Of a stretch of DNA of 64,000 nucleotides, positions 58,154 to 64,000 are shown one piece after another. The notes beneath the pieces were generated by a model. The model was not told the DNA's origin. It saw only the letters and a list, made by a program, of their open reading frames with translations, and searched no databases. The DNA lies in IMG/VR virus record IMGVR_UViG_3300044712_001937, positions 62,001 to 126,000 of that record; one strand, 5' to 3'. The position numbers and the translations under genes were made by a program. Every line of letters begins with the position of its first letter. Position 1 is the first letter of the stretch.

Positions 58154-58549
58154 ATGTTTGAAAATTGTAAAAATTCAAAAAAACAAGGTGATTTAGGATT
58201 AGGAAAAGCAATTGGATGGTTAACAGAATGTGGTTATACTGTTTCTATACCATTAACTGATTCACAAGATTATGATTTGATTGTTGATATGGATAATAAA
58301 TTAAATAAAGTTCAAGTTAAAACAACCAGATATAAAAATAAAAATGGAATTTTTTGTGTTAATTTATCAGTTAAAGGAGGCAATCAAAGTAGTAATACAA
58401 TAAAAAAATTTGATGCTAATTTTACTGATTATGTTTATGTTTATACATCGAATAATGAAATGTATTTTATTCCGTCATGTGAAATAAAAACAAAAAATAA
58501 TTTAAATATTGGTAAATTATTTTCAAAATATAAAATAATGACTTCGTAA
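58154..58549 (+). CDS. PD-(D/E)XK homing-endonuclease-like protein within tRNA cluster 3 (start revised)
   Basis: KKQGDLG...PLTDSQDYDLIVD...KVQVKT; GTATTTATA at 58131-58139. Confidence 0.82.
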   Translation: MFENCKNSKKQGDLGLGKAIGWLTECGYTVSIPLTDSQDYDLIVDMDNKLNKVQVKTTRYKNKNGIFCVNLSVKGGNQSSNTIKKFDANFTDYVYVYTSNNEMYFIPSCEIKTKNNLNIGKLFSKYKIMTS

Positions 58550-58612
58550 CTTAATTGGTAGAGTACCACTCTCTTAAAGTGGGAGTTGTGGGTTCAAATC
58601 CCACCGAAGTCA
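58540..58612 (+). tRNA. tRNA-Lys(CUU)
   Basis: GACTTCG/CGAAGTC; CCACT-CTCTTAA-AGTGG. Confidence 0.9.
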
Positions 58613-58696
58613 CTAACTGAACTTAGCAAATGGAGTTCTGTCAACCATCAAGCATGATTAAATCGTAGGAGGGGGAGAGTTTAAAATTTGCAATAT

Positions 58697-58783
58697 GACC
58701 TTGTAGCTCAACTGGATAGAGCTTCTGGCTTTTAACCAGAAGGGAGCGTAATGCCGTTGTGGGTTCGAGTCCCACCGGGGTCA
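58697..58783 (+). tRNA. tRNA with Lys(UUU) anticodon and long variable arm
   Basis: GACCTTG/CGGGGTC; TCTGG-CTTTTAA-CCAGA; 18-nt variable region. Confidence 0.85.
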
Positions 58784-58790
58784 CAAAATT

Positions 58791-58942
58791 GGATTGTCTT
58801 TCGGTGTGGTGAACCGAGCCGTCCCGATAAGGACGGTGCTCAAAAGGATATGGTTAATAAAGAAGATTTCTCGCCTATGTATGATAGATGCGCATAATAA
58901 CATAGGATGGTGCTTCGCTTGGTTCGAATCCCCTACAGTCCA
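58791..58942 (+). ncRNA. tRNA-Ile-like RNA with about 75-nt insertion in the variable region
   Basis: Acceptor GGATTGT/ACAGTCC, D arm, CGTCC-CGATAA-GGACG, TTCGAAT loop. Confidence 0.55.
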
Positions 58943-58957
58943 CTAATATTTATTTTT

Positions 58958-59194
58958 ATGGAAACAATTAAAGAAATCGTAAAGGGGACTATGGCAAAAT
59001 TAAGCCATATATGCAATTCTAAAGCATATTTTATTATTGACACTGAATACCATCAATATCAATTAGAAATTGATTGTAGTGACAAAGAATGGGAAAATAC
59101 GTATATTTATCCGGAATATAAAAGCATTACTTTAATGCGATGGATAAAAAAAGGTATAGATAAGAATGATGATTCATTTATAATGCTGAAATAA
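58958..59194 (+). CDS. Hypothetical protein (start revised to METIKE)
   Basis: The upstream part of the track ORF overlaps the tRNA-like element. Confidence 0.6.
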   Translation: METIKEIVKGTMAKLSHICNSKAYFIIDTEYHQYQLEIDCSDKEWENTYIYPEYKSITLMRWIKKGIDKNDDSFIMLK

Positions 59195-59319
59195 AATTCA
59201 GCATTTTTTTTGTTAAAATTTTTAAAATTTATTTAGTCTAATTAAAAATAACCTTGCATTTTTCGTATATAATATTTAAATTTGAGAAAAAATAACTTTA
59301 AGCTTAATTAATATGAAAA

Positions 59320-60147
59320 ATGGCTAAAAATGAAAAGAAAAAAGTAACTACAACTACAGTTACAACAACTGTTACAGAAGAAATTCTAACTACTCCTACA
59401 AACGAAAAAACTCACATTATTTGTATTCTTGACCGTTCAGGTTCTATGCATTCTATTATTAATGACTCAATTGGTGGGTTTAATACTTTTTTAAAGAAAC
59501 AAAAAGACCTTCCTGATGAAGCTACAATTACAGTTGTAATATTTGATGACCAATATGAATTAATTTATGATAATATTGATATTAAAAGTGCAGAATTATT
59601 GACTGATAAAATTTGGTCTCCACGTGGCAATACTGCGTTATATGACGCAATTGGAAAAACCATTACAACTGAAAAAGCTAAGTTCAGTAAACTTGGAAAA
59701 GATGCTCCTGCTAAAGTTTTAGTTTGTCTTGTAACTGATGGACAAGAAAATTCAAGTCATGAATATAAATCTGATGCAATCAAAAAAATGATTAAATCAT
59801 GTGAAGACGAAAATTGGAATTTTATTTATTTAGCAGCTAATCAAGACGCATTTGCAGTTGGAAGTAGTTTTGGTATGAGTGTTGGAAATACTTATAATTA
59901 TACAGCTTCAAGTCGTGGTGTTGCAGATATGTCAAATGTTATGTTTAGTGCAACTGCTTCTTATCGTGGTATGGATTCTAAATCTGCAAGTTTTAAAAAA
60001 ATGTCTAAATCATTAGTTGATTTAGATGAAAACGATGATGCTATTAATTTAACTAATAATGGTACTTCGGGTACGTTAAATATTAATGGTAATAATATTA
60101 CAACCAGTACAACATATGTTACTGATACTACAATTCCAAAGAAATAA
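59320..60147 (+). CDS. vWA (MIDAS) domain protein
   Basis: ILDRSGSM, RGNTALYDAIG, VTDGQENSS. Confidence 0.9.
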   Translation: MAKNEKKKVTTTTVTTTVTEEILTTPTNEKTHIICILDRSGSMHSIINDSIGGFNTFLKKQKDLPDEATITVVIFDDQYELIYDNIDIKSAELLTDKIWSPRGNTALYDAIGKTITTEKAKFSKLGKDAPAKVLVCLVTDGQENSSHEYKSDAIKKMIKSCEDENWNFIYLAANQDAFAVGSSFGMSVGNTYNYTASSRGVADMSNVMFSATASYRGMDSKSASFKKMSKSLVDLDENDDAINLTNNGTSGTLNINGNNITTSTTYVTDTTIPKK

Positions 60148-60191
60148 AAATTTTTGTTTTTTTCTGTTTATGTATCTATATTTAGTTTAAC

Positions 60192-60218
60192 AAAAAGGGT
60201 GATTTATTCACCCTTTTT
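60192..60218. terminator. Bidirectional terminator
   Basis: AAAAAGGGTGA-TTTAT-TCACCCTTTTT. Confidence 0.85.
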
Positions 60219-60725
60219 TATTACAATTTCATAATATTGAATTAATTGCTTTTCGTATTCGAAATATCTGATATTAGATTCATCTGGAGTATAATTTACC
60301 ATTTCTCTTCCTTTAATAACTACTCCATCATATCCAAGTTTCTGCATTTCATCTTCAATTGTAGTTTGAGAAAAAAATATTCTCTTATCACCATAACCAC
60401 TTTTATCAAGTAAATTTTTATTTTTTAAATAATTATATATTAGAGAATTGTAACTCCAAATTTCCCAATCATTTAAGGTATTAAATATTTTTGGATTTTT
60501 AGGAATAGCACCTACAACAAAAAATACTTTTCCATATTGTTTTGCTAAATTTTTATTAGATAAAAATGCAGTATATAATCCTCTTCCTAACATTGCTGCA
60601 CCACCATTTTCTTCACCTACTTCTCTAATACCTCTAATAGTAACGTTTTTTCTTTTCCATCTAAGATATTCAGATTGATTAAAATTGTTTATAACTTCAT
60701 TTATTATAGATATTAAATTATTCAT
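60204..60725 (-). CDS. ADP-ribosyltransferase-like protein with IINE leader
   Basis: TIRG...LGRGLYT...LAKQYG...GYDGVVIKGREMVNY resembles small phage ART domains; late motif 60742-60750. Confidence 0.6.
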   Translation of the reverse strand: MNNLISIINEVINNFNQSEYLRWKRKNVTIRGIREVGEENGGAAMLGRGLYTAFLSNKNLAKQYGKVFFVVGAIPKNPKIFNTLNDWEIWSYNSLIYNYLKNKNLLDKSGYGDKRIFFSQTTIEDEMQKLGYDGVVIKGREMVNYTPDESNIRYFEYEKQLIQYYEIVIKKGE

Positions 60726-60930
60726 ATTTTGTTAAATTTAATATAAATACTATAAATATTTACTTATAGTAAATTTATTTAGATGAAACTAAAGGTTAAA
60801 AAGTTATTAGATAAGATATTGAAAAAAAGATAAAATATTTTTATCTAAATTTTATATAAAACTTGAATTTATTGGTATTTAGATTTACCTTTGTAAATAT
60901 ATGAAATAATATAAATCTAAATATAAAAAT

Positions 60931-63315
60931 ATGAATAAAACTATTAATGGTTATAAACTATTATCTGATTTTAAATTTCAATCTAATTATAGTAAATTTA
61001 ATGAAAATTTAAGTAGAAAAGAAAGTTGGAGTGAAAGTGTAGATAGAGTTTTTAATGAAATGCATGAAATTAAATTTAAAAAAATTTTAGAATCCAATCC
61101 TAAATTTAAAGAATATTATGATTTTGCAATAAAAAGATATAAAGATAAAAAAGTTTTAGGTTCTCAAAGAGCACTCCAATTTGGAGGTACGCCAATATTA
61201 AAACATAATGCTAAAATATTTAATTGTACAGTATCTTATTGTGATAGAATTGAATTCTTTCAAGAAGCAATGTATATGTTATTATGTGGATGTGGCGTTG
61301 GATTTAGTGTACAAAATAAACATATTGATAAACTACCTACAATAAAAAAAAGAAGTAATAAATCTAAAGTATTTGAAATAGAAGATTCTATTGAAGGTTG
61401 GAGTGATGCAATCGGAGTATTATTATCAAGTTATTTTGATGGAAATGTACCTTTTTCTAAATATCAAAATTGTCATGTAAATTTTGATTATAGTAATATT
61501 AGACCTAAAGGTTCATATATTAGTGGAGGATTTAAAGCTCCCGGACATGAAGGTTTAAGAAATTCTATTCAAAAAATAGAAGAATTATTGGAAAAGGAAT
61601 TAGATAAACAAAACTTTAATGGGAAAATTGAATCAATAATTGCATATGATATAGTTATGCATATGTCAGATGCTGTTTTATCTGGTGGTGTCAGAAGAAG
61701 TGCAACTATTTGTCTATTTAGCCCTAATGATAATAAAATGTTAAATGCTAAAACAGGTAATTGGTTTATTGAAAATCCTCAAAGAGCAAGAAGTAATAAT
61801 TCAGTTTTATTAAATAAAAATACTTTAACTAAAGAAGAATTTAATCATTTTTTTAAATATACTAAACAATTTGGAGAACCGGGTTTTGGTTTTACTACCA
61901 ATGAAGATATTATATTTAACCCTTGTTTTGAAATTGGAATGTATCCTCAAACTGAGGAAGGAATTTCAGGTTGGGAATGTTGTAACTTAGTTGAAATAAA
62001 TGGAAATTCTTGTATTAATGAAGAAGAATTTTATGATAATTGTAAAGCTGCTGCATTTATTGCTACATTACAAGCAACATATACTGATTTTAAATATTTA
62101 AAACCTGAAAGTAAAAAAATATGTGATAGAGAAGCGTTATTAGGTGTAAGTATTACAGGTTTTATGAACAATCCACAAATATTATTAAATCCAGATATTC
62201 AAAAAAAAGGTGCTAAAATAGTTAAAGAAATAAATAAAGAAGTTGCTGAAATGATTGGTATTAATCAAGCAGCAAGAACTACTTGTGTTAAACCTTCAGG
62301 TAATGCATCTACATTATTAGGTACTGCATCAGGAATTCATGGTGAACATTTTAGAAGATATTTTAGAAACGTTCAAGTTAATAAGGATGATGATATAGGC
62401 ATTTATTTGAAAAAAATAAATCCTAAAATGTTTGAAAATTCAGTTTGGAGTGCAAATAATACCGATTGGGTAATTTCTTTTCCTATTGAAGCTAATGTTA
62501 ATAGTATATTTAAAGATGAATTAGTAGGAACTAAATTATTGGAATATGTTAAATTAACTCAACAAAATTGGGTTGAAGAAGGAACTAATGTTGATTTGTG
62601 TATTGAAAAATCAATTAGACATAATGTAAGTAATACTATTATCGTAGATAATTGGGAAGAAATTGAAAATTACATTTTTGAAAATAAACAATGGTTTTCA
62701 GGAATAAGTTTATTACCAATGACAGGAGATAAAGATTATAATCAAGCACCATTTACTTCAATTTTAACATCAAAAGAATTAGTGAAAAAATATGGAGATA
62801 TTGCAATGTATGCATCAGGATTGATTGTTGATGGTTTAAATGCATTTAATAATAATTTGTGGTTAGCTTGTGATATTCTAAATGGACTCGGTGAAAAAAT
62901 TGAATATAATGAAGAAGATGTAAAAAATGAATTAATGAAATTAACTCCAAGAGAAGCTTGGAGTAATTTAGGTTTTAAAAACGGAACGTTAGATATTCTT
63001 TCAAAAACATTTATTAAACCAGAAGTTGAAGAATATAAAAGATATATGGATTCAACATTAATAGGTAGTGTACATAATTATGCATTAAAAAAAGATTGGA
63101 TTCGTAGAGCTAAACAATTTTCTGAACGATATTTTAAATCAATCAAAGAAATGACTTATTGCTTAAAAGATGTTAATAATTATCATAAATGGATTGAAAT
63201 TAATAGAGAATTGAAAGATGTTGATTGGGAAAATATAGTTGTGAAACCTAAATATACAGATATTGATACTACAGGAGCAGTTGCTTGTAGTGGTGGTGCT
63301 TGTGAATTAACATAA
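60931..63315 (+). CDS. nrdJ: Ribonucleotide reductase, probably class II (B12-dependent, monomeric type)
   Basis: FNC, RRSA, NPCFEI, CCNLVE, TCVKPSGN and C-terminal CSGGACEL; no small-subunit gene adjacent. Confidence 0.85.
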   Translation: MNKTINGYKLLSDFKFQSNYSKFNENLSRKESWSESVDRVFNEMHEIKFKKILESNPKFKEYYDFAIKRYKDKKVLGSQRALQFGGTPILKHNAKIFNCTVSYCDRIEFFQEAMYMLLCGCGVGFSVQNKHIDKLPTIKKRSNKSKVFEIEDSIEGWSDAIGVLLSSYFDGNVPFSKYQNCHVNFDYSNIRPKGSYISGGFKAPGHEGLRNSIQKIEELLEKELDKQNFNGKIESIIAYDIVMHMSDAVLSGGVRRSATICLFSPNDNKMLNAKTGNWFIENPQRARSNNSVLLNKNTLTKEEFNHFFKYTKQFGEPGFGFTTNEDIIFNPCFEIGMYPQTEEGISGWECCNLVEINGNSCINEEEFYDNCKAAAFIATLQATYTDFKYLKPESKKICDREALLGVSITGFMNNPQILLNPDIQKKGAKIVKEINKEVAEMIGINQAARTTCVKPSGNASTLLGTASGIHGEHFRRYFRNVQVNKDDDIGIYLKKINPKMFENSVWSANNTDWVISFPIEANVNSIFKDELVGTKLLEYVKLTQQNWVEEGTNVDLCIEKSIRHNVSNTIIVDNWEEIENYIFENKQWFSGISLLPMTGDKDYNQAPFTSILTSKELVKKYGDIAMYASGLIVDGLNAFNNNLWLACDILNGLGEKIEYNEEDVKNELMKLTPREAWSNLGFKNGTLDILSKTFIKPEVEEYKRYMDSTLIGSVHNYALKKDWIRRAKQFSERYFKSIKEMTYCLKDVNNYHKWIEINRELKDVDWENIVVKPKYTDIDTTGAVACSGGACELT

Positions 63316-63336
63316 ATATAATACTCAAATAGTTAT

Positions 63337-63367
63337 AAAAATCCTCTTAATATTTAAGGGGATTTTT
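63337..63367 (+). terminator. Intrinsic terminator after the RNR gene
   Basis: AAAAATCCTCTTAA-TAT-TTAAGGGGATTTTT. Confidence 0.8.
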
Positions 63368-63469
63368 TATTGTATATTAATTTGAATATATGCAAATAAA
63401 GCTATATTTGATATGTAACAAATTAATAATATCTTCGTACTTTATTTTATAATTAAAATATTAATATTT

Positions 63470-64000
63470 ATGTATCAGAACTGGATAAATTCAAGAGGTT
63501 TACGAACATTAAATTACCAAGAAAATGCAGTAACTAAAGTCAATAATAGTTTAGAGGAACAGGAAATAACTGTTTTAGCTGCATGTCCAAGTGCAGGAAA
63601 AACTATTATGACTATTCTTATTATGGATGAGTATCTTAAACAAAATCCAAATCATAAGGTAATGGTTTTAACACATGGAACAACTGTTTTACGTACTCAA
63701 TTTTATGATGTGCTTAAAGAAGTTAAACCTGATTTTTCTTATAATCTTGTTGAAAAAATTTCACAATATGACCCAAGTGTAGGTGCTAACATTTGTCTTC
63801 CACAAACTATTGCCGGATATAAATTAAATAAAATCGATTTATTGATTGTAGATGAAGCACATCAATTCTATTATGGTGAAAAATTAATTAAAGATATTAT
63901 TAAACAAACTCATCCTAAAAAACAATTATTACTTACAGGTTCACCTTCACCATTTATCGCTAAAAACTTACCAATAATTCCAATTACTTTAAATACCATT
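63470..64000 (+). CDS. SF2 DExH helicase, 3'-truncated by the window end (not in the ORF track)
   Basis: MYQNW...LNYQ...ACPSAGKT...LIVDEAHQ...LLTGSPS; TGTAAC-N16-CGTA promoter 63414-63439. Confidence 0.85.
   Translation, partial: MYQNWINSRGLRTLNYQENAVTKVNNSLEEQEITVLAACPSAGKTIMTILIMDEYLKQNPNHKVMVLTHGTTVLRTQFYDVLKEVKPDFSYNLVEKISQYDPSVGANICLPQTIAGYKLNKIDLLIVDEAHQFYYGEKLIKDIIKQTHPKKQLLLTGSPSPFIAKNLPIIPITLNTI

Noticed and set aside
42111-58942. HDV-like theta ribozymes at tRNA 3' ends
   Set aside because: By eye, the trailers do not show the nested double-pseudoknot pattern starting at G+1; a descriptor search would be needed to exclude it fully.
1-64000. Stop-codon reassignment as in some Bacteroidota megaphages
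   Set aside because: Core genes are full length in the standard code and no tRNA with a CUA, UUA or UCA anticodon in the correct loop register was found.

Overview
A 64-kb, very AT-rich segment of a T4-like (myovirus-type) jumbo phage genome read in the standard bacterial code. The host is probably Bacteroidota, judged from TTTG-N19/20-TAnnTTTG promoters and SPase II lipoproteins. 1-40.9 kb holds virion and packaging genes (tail completion, neck, major capsid, scaffold, prohead protease, portal, terminase, a 1733-aa tail protein with GH25 lysozyme) mixed with nucleotide-metabolism genes (dUTPase, thyA, MazG-like) and an intein-containing UvrD-like helicase. 41-59 kb is a translation island with about 30 tRNA or tRNA-like genes, a tmRNA, an RNA ligase and several inserted homing endonucleases. 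59-64 kb encodes a vWA protein, an ADP-ribosyltransferase-like protein, a class II ribonucleotide reductase and a partial SF2 helicase. Main finding: each of three tRNA clusters is preceded by a promoter, a 24-30 aa leader peptide, an antiterminator segment and an intrinsic terminator. Each leader is enriched in exactly the amino acids served by its downstream tRNAs (His/Pro/Gln; Val/Leu/Ala/Asp/Glu/Trp; Tyr/Lys). This points to ribosome-mediated attenuation that would switch on phage tRNAs when the matching host tRNAs run short or are cleaved. Other notable signals are rrn-like boxA sites, long-variable-arm tRNAs for class I amino acids, an ECF-type promoter class, a GTATTTAT late motif, shared N-terminal leaders on putative internal head proteins, and two unannotated structured RNAs. 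All calls come from reading the sequence by eye; no searches or folding programs were run.
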